Positions 1 to 11,639 of a stretch of DNA of 64,000 nucleotides are shown here, one piece after another; position 1 is the first letter of the stretch, and the number at the start of each line of letters is the position of its first letter. The notes under the pieces were generated by a model. The model ran no database searches. It saw only the letters and a program-made list of their open reading frames with translations, and was not told where the DNA came from. Position numbers and translations under genes: made by a program. This DNA comes from Chiloscyllium plagiosum (lineage: Eukaryota). Location of the stretch: assembly GCF_004010195.1 (NCBI RefSeq), contig NC_057719.1, forward strand, positions 52,286,263-52,350,262, in the 5' to 3' direction.

Positions 1-573
1 GCTGTACAGGACATTGGTTAGGCCACTGTTGGAATATTGCATGCAATTCTGGTCTCCTTCCTATTGGAAAGATGTTGTGAAACTTGAAAGGGTTCAGAAA
101 AGATTTACTAGGATGTTACCAGGGTTGGAAGATCTGAGCTACAGAGAAGGCTGAACAGGCTGGGGCTGTTTTCCCTGGAGGGTCGGAGGCTGAGGGGTGA
201 CCTTTTTAAGGTTTACAAAATTATGAGGGGCATGGATAGGATAAATAGGCAAAGTCTTTTCCCTGGGTTGGGGAGTCAGAACTAGAGGGCATAGGTTTAG
301 GGTGAGAGGGGAAAGATATAAAAGAGACCTAAGGGGCAACATTTTCACGCAGAGGGTGGAACGTGTATGGAATGAGCTGCCAGAAGATGTGGTGGAGGCT
401 GGTACAATTGCAACATTTAAGAGGCATTTGGATGGGTATATGAATAGGAAGGGTTTGGAGGGATATGGGCCAGGTGCTGGCAGGTGGGACTACATTGGGT
501 TGGGATATCTGGTCGGCATAGACGGGTTGGACCGAAGGGTCTGTTTCCATGCTGTACATCTCTATGACTCTAT
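1..573 (+). mobile_element. CR1/HER1 LINE 3' end (RT C-terminus + 3' UTR), cut by window edge
   Basis: Decayed LYRTLVRPLLEYC..QFWSP and ORF 302..610 RGERYKRDLRGNIFTQRV..WNELPE; ends in ctctatgactctat tail. Confidence 0.92.
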
Positions 574-1574
574 ATGCTGCAATTGCTTTAGTACTCGATT
601 CCATGGTTAAAGCTGCAGTCAGTTACACTATGATGGGTAACTTGCTGTTCTGATCAGAGAGCCAGATAAAGTTAGAGGCTGCATGATTGATGGAGAATGT
701 TGCTAATTTTAACTTCGGATCAATTTTATCAAAAAGACACGTATTGAGAGTTACAACTTTATGGTCTTACAATCACAAGCTTGTTTGTGAAGGTTTGCCA
801 TGCTCAAATTAGCAAACCCAAATAAACATTACAACAGAACCTGTTTATAATATTTAAATGGTTGTCAAACATTTTGAGACATTTATTGGTCGTACAAAGC
901 TCATATAAATGTCAGGTGTATAACTGAAAGATATCAGGGCAATGAGAAATCTTTCCCAGCAGCAGGAAAATTGAAAGAATTGGCATTGACCAGCCGAGAG
1001 AGAAATGACAGTGATCATTTCTTTTAGGACTATCAGCGCAAGAACCTAGGAAGAAAGCTGGAATACAATCTCAACTCTAGTTTGTGGCATTCAGTGGACG
1101 CTGACATCAATTTTCATCACATGATAGCAATTGCAGAAAAAAAGAACTCCTCTGATGTCTGCTGTCTCACTCGAGTTATTTGCTTTCCATTTAATATCTC
1201 CACCCTGCTTGCATGTTGTTATATTATTGCACATTCAAAAAGGGTCAGGCACTATATTGTTAAGAGCATGTATGCCTAAGTGTCCATAATGCTGTGTCAT
1301 TCACCACAACACTACAGTGTGCATATCAAATTAGCAATATTAACTATACTTCTTTACCAACTTGGTAGAGGGCTAGGAGCAGTATAGTCTATGTTAGCTG
1401 CAGCATTCTGCATGAGTAAGAAACACCTTCAGTTTTTGCAACTGCAGGGAATGTCAAGCACTAATGTTTGTTTTTCTTGACACTCAAAGACTGTACAGAA
1501 CTGCGTTAGTACCTGTGAATATAGTTAAAGATTTTGTATGAACAAAGTATATTTTTCAAATTTAAAAAAAAATC

Positions 1575-1820
1575 ATGGATACAAAGATGAACTGTGTCCA
1601 CAGGGTCACCTGTACAAAGATCTGGATAAGGAGGGGAGGAAAGTCCCCAACTCTGCCCTCATTCTGATGGTCACCTTTATGTGTGGCTTCATGAAGAAGT
1701 GCGCAGACCGTCAGTACACAAACACCAAGTGTCATTAGGTGCTGAGATTCTACCTTTCTCCGGTGTTATGAAGGATGGGTCTGGACTTGGCAATGTGGAA
1801 TGCTTCACGTCGAAACATAA
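1575..1820 (+). mobile_element. Decayed L1/Tx1-like LINE ORF2 fragment
   Basis: Reads LYKDLDKEGRKVPNSALILMVTFMCG..KCADRQYTNTKCH*VLRFYLSPVL*RMGL, resembling the post-RT region of Tx1 ORF2 (recalled similarity); in-frame stops. Confidence 0.55.
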
Positions 1821-1821
1821 A

Positions 1822-2150
1822 TTCTCTACAGTGTGGAAGCAGGCCATTTGACCTATCGAGTCCACACCAACCCTCCTGAGAGCTTCCCACTCCTACCCTA
1901 TAACCTTGCATTTCCCATGGCTAATCCACCTCGCCTTCATATCCCTGGAAACAATTTTTAGCATGGTCAATCCACCTAACCTGAACATTTTTAGAGTGTG
2001 TGAGGAAAACAGAGCGCTCAGAGGAAACCCACGCAGACACGGGGAAAATGAGCAAACTCCACACAGGCATTTTCCCAAAGCTGGGATTGAACCTAGGTCC
2101 CTGGCGCTGTGAGGCAGCAGTGCTGACCACAGAGTCACTGGGCCACCCGT
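1822..2150 (-). mobile_element. HE1-like tRNA-derived SINE
   Basis: Minus strand: GTGGTCAGCACTGCTGCCTCACAGCGCCAGGGACCTAGGTTCAATCC head (A/B boxes) and tail ..cttccacactgtag; homologous to other copies in the window. Confidence 0.88.
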
Positions 2151-2211
2151 AGTTGGACTGTTCCATGTCATTTGTGCTTCATGGAAAAACTTGCAAACAA
2201 AAATGCCTTTT

Positions 2212-2515
2212 TCCATAGGACCATAAGTTATATGAGCAGAATTAGGCCATTCGGCCCATTGAGTCTGCTCTGCTATTCGATCACGGCTGATAAGTTTCTG
2301 AACACCTTTCTCTTGCCATTTCCCCGTAATCCTTGATCCCTTTACTAATCAAGAATCTATTTATCTCTGCCTTAAAAACACTTAAAGACTTGGCCTCCAC
2401 AACCCTCTGTGACAATGATTGCCACAGAATCACTACCCTCGAGCTGAAGACATTCCTTCTCATCTCAGTTCCAACAGGTCATTCCTTCACTCAAAAGCTG
2501 TGCCCCTGGATTCTA
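2212..2515 (-). mobile_element. CR1 LINE 3' fragment
   Basis: ORF 2281..2463 MRRNVFSSRVVILWQSLSQRVVEAKSLSVFKAEINRFL; cttatggtcctatgg tail. Confidence 0.88.
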
Positions 2516-4827
2516 GCCAACCAAAGATTTATTTTTATGAATAAATTATATTTTTGCAAAATATAACAAGTGTGATTATTTTAAAATCATTGGGACCTAC
2601 TAGGCATACACATAATACATCTTCTTCCTTCTCAATATGCATAAAGCAAACAGAAATCACACATGTTCATCTTCTTCTCAGTAGTTATTTGATAACTCTT
2701 GCTGTTTTTACCTACAGTAGACCCTGATTTAATTTATTAATAAGGCAGCCACTGTACGAATATCACTAGATGCTTCTGGGAACAGACTGAACTTAATACA
2801 AGCTCAACATTTATTAACTATGAGCTATATACAAAAGAAGGTCAAGTAGGGCTGCACTTTCATCCTTCAGATTTCAATCCCATGTGATCTGACATCACTA
2901 TGACACAACTCTTCTTCATCTAAAGATGTAAATAACCTTTTACTCAAAGCCCTCTGCTTCAGTCAGTACCTCAGCTACATAAATGAAGTCGAATTAACAT
3001 CATGGTTAGTACAATTACACAGAAATTGGATAGTCACTTGATTCAATTGCCCCAATGCTCCATTCCAGTTAAAAAAAAAACAGCAAACCATATTTTTCCC
3101 CATTATCCTTTTTTTCTATTCTGATGGTAATGATCCAAACCTTCCAATCTGAGGTGGATCTAATCCAAGTCCGACAAAAGTTGCCCACTTTTACTTTTGA
3201 AGATGAGTTTCAGCCTTAAGTATGAGCCAGGAGGCTAAAACAGCAGCAGTGAGTTCGAGAATCCACCCAGGCAGCAGTGGGGTAGATTGACACTGAAACC
3301 ACACAATTCTTTTATCAGTAGTTTCTATATTCTGTGGCTTATGGATCCTGGAGCCACCGAGACATTTCCTGTGAGGGGGTAAGTGTCTATGTGAGGTATG
3401 TAAGGGGGTAGGGTGACAGGTGCATGAAGTAGTAGGGTGAATGAGTTGGTATGGTGCCAACTGGGTGGTTGTCAGGTAGGTAAGGAGGTAGAGGAGGCTG
3501 GTGAATGAAGGACAGGGTGCATAGTACATGGGTGGTAAGGTGGATAGTCCATTAAGTTGGCTGATAAGTAGGTGATGGCATTGGATAGTTTTGAGGATTG
3601 ATTTGAAAGATTGGCAAATCGGGTAGGTTTGTTGTTGGGGGGTACACTGTTGGGGGTGGGGGTGATCAGGGTGATTGTGGTGTGGGGAGTAGGGGTGTGA
3701 GTTAGTGGAATGGGAGTAAGGGGGGAATCAAGCTGGAGTACCTCTTAGTAAGAATCCTTGCTGAAGTTATCACAGTCAATTTTTTGCTGCCCCTACCCTA
3801 TTTTCAATGGTACATTCTAAAGCAGAGACACCTCATAGTGACCAAAAAGTCTAGAAAACTTCTGGCTGATCTTTCTCTGTTTGCCAGGGGCACAGCGATC
3901 ATTTTGCACAGAGATCAGCATTAACTGGAAGTAAACACTAGAATGTTTCTGGCCATTTATTTCAGAGTCACATAAACTAATATATTCAGCAAAGGAAGGA
4001 TTTTGGTAATTCATGCATTTTTTTAAAAAGGAAAGTTCTTCTGTAATGCTATCTCATTAATGAAAATGTTATGAACTTCAAGGAAGATGGATCATTTACT
4101 TTCATGGTGCTGTGCATGAATTCTACAAGCATGGCTTTGAAAGGCATGGATGAGCAGCCTTCAGAGAAAAGAAATAATCACTTGGCACAGTATCTTAAGC
4201 CTCTCATGTTGAAGCTGTCACTGCTCTGTGTAAGTATTAAAAGCATTGCTGCTAATCTATCTGTTCCAATTCTATGTTATCAGTATAAGAATTTAAAAAT
4301 ACAAGCATTTCTTTCACTGACAGACCAAACACATTCAAAGAATAATAATAGCCAGGAAAGGTTCTTCAACTAATTTTTAAATAGATATCTCTCCCTTGCA
4401 TCTAAACCAAACAGTCTCACAATCCATTTAGCTTGGGCCCGAAATGGGCTAATTTCATCCAATAATTGCTAACAAGTGAAGCTAATTGCAAATGCCTTCA
4501 TTTTCAATGGCATGCAGTGTGCATACATATAATTTCAAGACAGTTAGTGTAATCTACAGGAATAATTTGAAACAGACTGATTGCTTTGGAAAGGAAATCG
4601 CAAGGCTGAAGTGCAGAGCTCTCTCCTTCCAATTGATAAGACCAGTATTGCTGTTGAAAATTATGCTGGCATAGGGAAATCACTTCATAATTTTAAGCAA
4701 ACAGATACTATTCACTTTGCATCAATGCACAGTTTCCTTGTTTCCAAGCAGGATGATTTCATTAGTACAGAGTCCCTTATCAAGTGTTGTTTATGACAAT
4801 CATCCATAAATATACAATATAAACAAT

Positions 4828-5035
4828 AAAGCAAAACAAAAAACTGCAGATGCTGGAAACATGAAACAAAAACAGAAATTACTGGAGAAACTTATCAGGT
4901 CTGACAGCATCTGTGGAGAGAAATCAGAGTTAATGCTTCAGGTCCAGTGACCGTTCTTCTGAGAAAGGTTATGAGACTTGAAATGTTAACTCTGTTTTCT
5001 ATCGACAGATGCAACATAAACAACATTTGTGTTGT
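4828..5035. mobile_element. Foldback Penelope-like terminal repeat (pLTR) element
   Basis: gcatctgtggagagaaatcagagttaatgcttca is mirrored by tgaaatgttaactctgttttctatcgacagatgc; same family as 31900-32215. Confidence 0.65.
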
Positions 5036-5299
5036 TCTTGGTTTCATCAGGCTTTTTTCAATTTCTAAGTATTCAAGCAGAATTTATTCTGACCTGCACA
5101 AAAGATTTGTGTATTTCCTTCTGACAGGGGCATTGATAAGATTTGATTAGGTTTATAACCAGTTTCACTTCTAACATTTTGTGCGCATGTTGGAAAAGAG
5201 TTTATTAATACATTGGGATAAAATAGCTGTATGTCAGTCTTTTGGAAAAAGTTTAACCCAAGATTTCACTGGTAGTCATAACTGATGTAAATCATCTTA

Positions 5300-7740
5300 T
5301 GAACATATGGAATATGAATAGAAAGAGACTCTTCTTGAGCATGCTCTGCCATTCAATAAAATTAATCCTCACTGTTCTAAATCCCAGTCAAAACATTCTC
5401 AGCCTGCCCTCCTAAGACAATCCGCTCATCCTGGATATCAATCAAGTAAACGTCCACTGAACTATACCAATGTATTGACATCCACTTTAAAATAAGGAGA
5501 CCAAAACTGCACACAGTATTCGAGATGTGGTCACACCAATGTTCTGTAGAACTGAAGCATAGCTTTTATCTTCAATTAATTTTGTAACAAATGTTAGCAA
5601 CACACCAGAGTTCTGGATTACGTGTTATACCTGTATACAAATTTTTGTGAGTCATGCACCAGAGCACTTAAATCTCTGTACACCTCAGAATTCTGCAGTT
5701 GGTCTCCATTTAAATAACACTTAACCTTTCCGTTCTTCCTATCAAAGTGAACAATATTACATTTTTGCACATTATACTCCATCTGCTAATCTTTTGCCTA
5801 CTCAGTCAATCTATCAGTATCTGTCTCCAACTTCTTTATGTTTACTTCACAACATATTTTCCTACCTCTCTTGGTATATCTTTGAAATAAGCTTTACTTC
5901 CCTCATCTAAGTCATGGATGTAAATTGTAAAGACTTGAAGTCCCACCAAAGAGCCCTGTGTGACCCCACTTGTCACAACCTACCAATCAGAAAAAGGCCC
6001 ATTTATGCATACTTTGGTTTCTGCAAGTTAGCCAATCTTCTATCCATGATAAAATAACAACAAGCTAATTAATCATTATCTTACTGTTTGCTGTGTCCAT
6101 CTACTCTTGAGAGGAAGGGTTACATTTGTTTTTTTTCTAGTAAGATGGACTCTTTCTTGATATTAGTAAATTTTGGAAAATTAACACCAACACATTTAGT
6201 ACCTTAATAGCAATATCACTAAGACTGTGGGATAAAGTCTATCTGGACCTTGAGACTTGGCAGCCTGCAGCTCCCAACTGTTTGCTTAGTACCACTTCTT
6301 TGTGATTGTACTTTTGTCAATTCCTTCTTTCTCTTCCACCTCCTGATTTATAGCTATTGTTGGAATGTTTATTTTGTATTTTCTACAGCAAGTTCAGAAG
6401 AAAAATATTTGTTCATTTCATCTGTAATTTCCTTATTATTTAAATATACCATTCTCACATTCTAGAAGACCAACTTTCACTTTATTTAGCCTTTTCCTTT
6501 ATAACTACAATTATAACCATAGTTATTCTTTTTATCTGTTTTTAAACTCCAAGTTAACTTCCTCTTGTGCTCTAATTTCTGCGTCCTGATTAATCTTTTA
6601 GTCATTCTCTGCTATTCTTTATATTTTGACCAATTACTCATCTATGTTCAGTTATACACATTTTTAAATTAAATCTTGTGTTTTTGTTAATTTCTTCAGT
6701 TAACCATCATCCTCCCTTCAAAGGTTTTCTTGATATTGGGAATATACTGATTATTCTGAAATATATCAAAGATGTTTTCCACTCTGTCTCTATTGATATA
6801 CTCCCTAGCCACATATACCAGATCAATTCAACTAGATCAGCTTTCATGCCAATACAATTTTCTTTATCTTGGCTTAAAAAACTAGTCTTAGACCCACATT
6901 CTCCCTTTCAAACTGGATGTAATATTCAGTCATAAAATGATTTCTGTTACATAGAGGTACCTTGACACAGAGAAAATATCAAGTCTAAGTATAATCTTCT
7001 ATCTGGTTGGTTCCAAAATGTATTGCTCTAAGAAATTATCTGAGGAACACTTTATAAAATTTTTGTCGCAGTATCTAGTGTCAATCTGATTTTTCTCCTT
7101 GGAATGGAAGTGAAATTCACCAATGACTTTTGCTGTCCCTTTATCTCAAGCACCTAATATTTCTTCTTATATACTTACCCCACATTCTAGTTACTGTTAG
7201 AAGCCACTCTTACTAATAACATTTTCCCTCTACTCCTGACCTGAACCAAGGTTATCTCTCACCATTACACAAATTCCTTCCTTGATTAGTAGTTCCATTC
7301 CTCCATATTTATCTTCATATTTTTCTTGAATGTGATACACCTACCAATATTCATAACTCAGTCTTTGAAATCCAGAAAGCATGGATCTGTAGTGGCTATC
7401 AGATTTTATTCATTTGTTTCCATGCGCACTATCAATTCATTTACTTTGTTATGTATGTGATGTACATTATGAAACAGAGCTGTACATTTGGTCTTTTTCT
7501 TAGTTTGTAATATCTAGTCTTAATTGTTGGTATAATCCTAGGATTTTCCTCCCTGTGCCTTCCTGCCATTCTCTGATCCTCATTTCCCATATTACTATCT
7601 TTTGTAATTACATTGTTTTTACTTTTTGAGATATAAATCTTTTCACACTTGATCGCTTGCCCCTACTATTTAATTTAAAATTCTTTCTATCTTTCTAGGT
7701 ATGCAGTTCACAAAAAAAATGCCCCAATATGGTTCAGGCT
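5300..7740 (-). mobile_element. Old, heavily decayed CR1 LINE (ORF2 from endonuclease start to 3' end, internally deleted)
   Basis: ggagaccaaaactgcacacagtattc = reverse complement of EYCVQFWSP (~5500); minus strand near 7430-7470 reads NVHHIHNKVNEL, like NARSIRNKVDEL at the APE start. Confidence 0.7.
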
Positions 7741-8404
7741 TGATTGATCAGTATTTTGGGAAAATTCTGGATTTAGAAAGAATTCAAAAGGAGTGAAAGA
7801 TTTGCTTAATGCTACATTCTATTTAACTGATAATCCTTTTGCTGTATATGATTCAATTTATTTTGTACTGTTCAAATTATTATTGAAGCTTTTCATTCAT
7901 AGAATACAAGAGATTCCAATTACTGTGCTTATACACAAATAAAATCTATCTGCTGAAATAGAATCTTATTTATTCTGTTTTTGAAGCATTTTATTGTGGA
8001 CTAAATAATTTTTACAAAAGAAGATATATGAAATGTAATATATAGCCTGATATGTCATGAATATAGAAACGTACAGGTCTTTCTCAGAGTAATGTGATTA
8101 TAATATTGCAGTCAACTCTGTGACAGAGTTTGATAATTTTCTTCTAGTGTCGTCTGAGACTTCAGCTATGAAAAATTTGCATATTATACTCAAGCCTGTT
8201 TTAATGCTAATTCTAAAATTTTGAAAGCTATTATAAAATAATAAAATGTATAAATGTAAATTACAAAACACTGCCATCTGATATTAATGCAAAGGTCAGG
8301 AATAGAGGATGCTGTGCCATTTCACCAGTTCTCTGCTCATCCTCCATTATCCAAATAAAACACTGTGACAGAGTGAGAGCAGAGACACCAGATGAAACAC
8401 TACG

Positions 8405-8582
8405 AGATGAGAGAGAGAGAGAGAGAGAGCGAGAGAAACAGAGAGAGTATATACAGCAGATAAAATACTGTGAGACAGAGCAAACACCATACAAAACATC
8501 ACACCAGAGAGAGAACCAACACCAGCTAAACACGCAAGACAGAGAGAGAGAGAGCGAGGGAAAGAGAGAGATAGTGAGAGTG
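8405..8582 (+). repeat. Interrupted (GA)n microsatellite / low-complexity tract
   Basis: Runs of gagagagaga at ~8408-8446 and ~8540-8580. Confidence 0.9.
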
Positions 8583-8934
8583 GGCACATTGTTATAGGTG
8601 GCAATGATGTGGCATGGTATTGCACAGTAAAATGGCCAGTCCCTTAACTGTTGAATGCTTTGGACCATGATAATCTGCTTGTTTCTCCATCTGTGCTAAA
8701 GAGCAATGCATGCCACATAGACTGGCTGCTAATATGTTATGGAGGCTGGCACCCTTGAAGTCAGCACAAAGTGAGTAAGAACTACAAACATAATCTGGAG
8801 GCATACCAGGCAGCCTTTGTAGATGCTTGTATGTGTGTAAAACAATTAGACAAACAAATGCTGAACATAAATGTCCATGAACTCCAAAGTGAAGTGCTGA
8901 ACAGTTGAAGTGGAGTGTGATTTATTCTGAAAGA

Positions 8935-9030
8935 AGCTGAAAATGTGTTGCTGGAAAAGCGCAGCAGGTCAGGCAGCATCCAAGGAACAGGAGAATCGAC
9001 GTGACATTTCGGCCATAAGCCTTTATTCTG
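8935..9030 (-). mobile_element. PLE pLTR fragment (same family as 47386 and 51056)
   Basis: aaaatgtgttgctggaaaagcgcagcaggtcaggcagcatc..ggagaatcgac is nearly identical to 51097-51160. Confidence 0.75.
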
Positions 9031-9189
9031 AAAGAAACCAATGTAGATATGGTGAGGTTGGTGGTTTGGTGATGCCCAGCTGCATGGAGGAAAACTGGGA
9101 GAGGATGACATCCCTGGAATATACAGAGAAATAGTGGGTGATGGTGCTGTGCAGTGAGCTGTGGCACGAGGAAATTTTCACATGTATGT

Positions 9190-9533
9190 TAGAATCATAG
9201 AATCCCTACAGTGTGGAAACAGGCCATTTCGCCAAACAAGTCCACACTGACCCTCTGAAGAATAACCGACCCAGACCCATTCCCCTATATTTACCCCTGA
9301 CTAATGCACCTAACCTACACATCCTTGAACACTGTGGGCAATTTAGCATGGCCAATTAACATAACCTGCACATCTTTGGATTGTGGGAGAAAACCGGATC
9401 ACCCGGAGGTAACCCACACAGACACGGATGCATGAATGTGCAAACTCCACACAGACAGTTGCCTAAAACTGAAATCAAACCCAGGTCCCTGGCACTGTGA
9501 GGCAGCAGTGTTAACCACAGAGCCACCGTGCCA
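9190..9533 (-). mobile_element. HE1-like SINE
   Basis: Full-length reverse copy; head ..gccaccgtgcc, tail ..ttccacactgtagggattctatgattc. Confidence 0.9.
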
Positions 9534-9647
9534 TTAGGAATTGGTGTCATCTAGATTCCCATGGAGGGAGGGGACAATGGAGAGCTGCTTAGAAATGAGG
9601 CAAGATTAGCTATTAATAAGATAAAAAAATGAATAAAAATTCATTTT

Positions 9648-9966
9648 GGGCAGCACGGTGGCACAGTGGTTAGCACTGCTGCCTCACAGCACCAGAGACT
9701 CGGGTTCAATTCCCGCCTCAGGCGACTCTCTGTGTGGAATTTGCACATTCTCCCCATGTCTGCGTGGGTTTCCTCCAGGTGCTCCAGTTTCCTCCCACAA
9801 TCCAAAAATGTGCAGGTTAAGTGAATTGGCCATGCTAAATTGCCCGTAGTGTTAGGTGAAGGGGTAAATGTAGGGGAATGAGTCTGGGTGAGTTGCGCTT
9901 CGGCGGGTCAGTGTGGACTTGTTGGGCCGAAGGACCTGTTTCCACACTGTAAGTAATCTAATCTAA
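9648..9966 (+). mobile_element. HE1-like SINE
   Basis: GGGCAGCACGGTGGCACAGTGGTTAGCAC..GGTTCAATTCC (A/B box); ends ..ccacactgtaagtaatctaatcta. Confidence 0.93.
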
Positions 9967-10149
9967 CGTAGTCACCACACATTCATGAAATTTGGGACTT
10001 GCCTCTAAATTCTTAAGGAAAATAATCTCTATTTTTCTGTATCAGCAAGATCTTGTTTTTTTTTCATGCTCATTGTATTTTCCCAACTTCCTTGCCATTG
10101 TCCAATCTGTTAAATGCCCGGGAAACCTCTGCCCCTAAGTACCTAGCTT

Positions 10150-10470
10150 GCCTACAGTGGTGCAGCTTTAATTTCACTGAATGTATAACCCAGAAAGCCA
10201 GGTTGATTCTTTGGATCCGCACCTTCAAGTCCTACCATTGCAGCTGATGGAATTTAAATTCAATTGATAAATTCACTTAAGTAAATTTAAAAATCTGGAA
10301 TTGGAAACTATTTTCAGTAGTGTCATCAATGATCCTAAATGCATTTGGTTAATTAATGACGAACTGGGAAGAAAATCTGCCGGCTTAATCTGGCCTAGCC
10401 TATGTGTAATTCTGCACCACAACAATGTGGTAAACTCTGAACTGCTGCAGTGAGGAACTAAGGATGACAT
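10150..10470 (+). mobile_element. Older second SINE family copy
   Basis: ttcaagtcctacc..ggaatttaaattcaa..aaatctggaatt..gggaagaaaatctgcc..tggcct..tgtg..aatgtgg, colinear with 58460-58830. Confidence 0.6.
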
Positions 10471-10899
10471 CAAATGTTAATATTACAAATGTTACCTTTG
10501 GAAAATAAAACAAAAGATGCTTTATCAATGATCAGAAATGCCTCCCACTATCGCTGTGATGTAAATAAAATTACCCAATTTCTGTTTTTGGCAGAAACAA
10601 TAATAAACTCTTCTATAGATTGTGCTGGTAATGTATATATACAAAAAATGATAATCCATGTGAGCAACATGGGAGGCGGGAAATGGAGAATGTAGTAGAT
10701 GAGCAGAAATGAACCATTCCAGGTAGTGACCTAGTTAAAACTGAAAAAAAAATTATAAAATTTGTCAAGCTTATCACAAGATTGGAACATCTCTGTTGGG
10801 AATAGCAATGTGAAATTTCAGACAAGTAACAGTAATACGACAGGGTAGTATATTGGCTGATGTCAGAAAACATATCTTTATAATGTTATTTTAGTTGAA

Positions 10900-11105
10900 A
10901 TGGGGAATTGGTTTGTAGAGTATTGTGACGCCAACACACTGTGGGTTCAATTCCCATCACTGGTTTGAGATTACCCTGAAGGACTCTCCTTCTCAACCTC
11001 TCCCCTTGCCTAAGGTCTGGTGGCCCTCAGGTTAAATTGCCACCAGTTGCTTCTTTCTAATGAGAGAGCAGCCTATATGGTCTGGTAAGTCCATGGTGAC
11101 ACAAC
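10900..11105 (+). mobile_element. Short tRNA-headed SINE-like repeat
   Basis: B-box-like gggttcaattccc followed by a recurrent repeat body (ttctcaacctctcccc..ccctcaggttaaa..gagagagcagcctat). Confidence 0.45.
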
Positions 11106-11639
11106 AATAGTTTAAACATGTAGTTTATTTGATTGGAGTTGTGATACTGTTTCAAAGTAGTCAAAAGTAAACTGATGATTCTTTCAAAAATGTATTCTAA
11201 ATGTAATGAGTACAGACTCTGTTGAAATCACTTGAGATGAAGAACTCCTGCAGATAATGCTCATTAACAGCTTGCATTTATGCAGCATCTTTCAGGGTCC
11301 TTGGGGCACAGTGGTACTCTCCCTACCTTTGGGCCAGGGGAATTGGGTTCACCTGAGTTTTAACAATGCGAATAGTTTGATTAGAACATTCTATATAGCA
11401 CCTTTATCTTAACAAAATGTTTCAAGATACTTTAAAGCAGAGTTATCAGCCCGAATTTGACATAAAAACATGGAAAGAGATATTAGAGCAGGTGAACGAG
11501 TGTGTATAAAAACCAAAACCAAAAGAACTATGGATGCTGTAAATCATTCCACCTAATGAAATGGCCTTCCCTTGTCACAAGGTGGTAAACCAATTGGGAT
11601 CCCACTGAGAGCCAGGCAGAGAGAAAGGTTCTTTCAGGA

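Noticed and set aside
8261..8668. 135-aa hydrophobic ORF
   Set aside because: Kept open by the GA/TC microsatellite.
9648..9720. tRNA-like A/B boxes
   Set aside because: These are SINE heads; I could not build a complete cloverleaf, and each continues into SINE body.
9646..9849. Recurrent peptide AQWLALLPHS..CGVCTFSPCLRGFP in many ORFs
   Set aside because: Translation of the HE1-like SINE, not a gene family.
10595..10627. 33-nt micro-exon candidate (tttttggcag|..CTG|gtaatg)
   Set aside because: Splice-like signals only; no recognisable peptide or partner exon.
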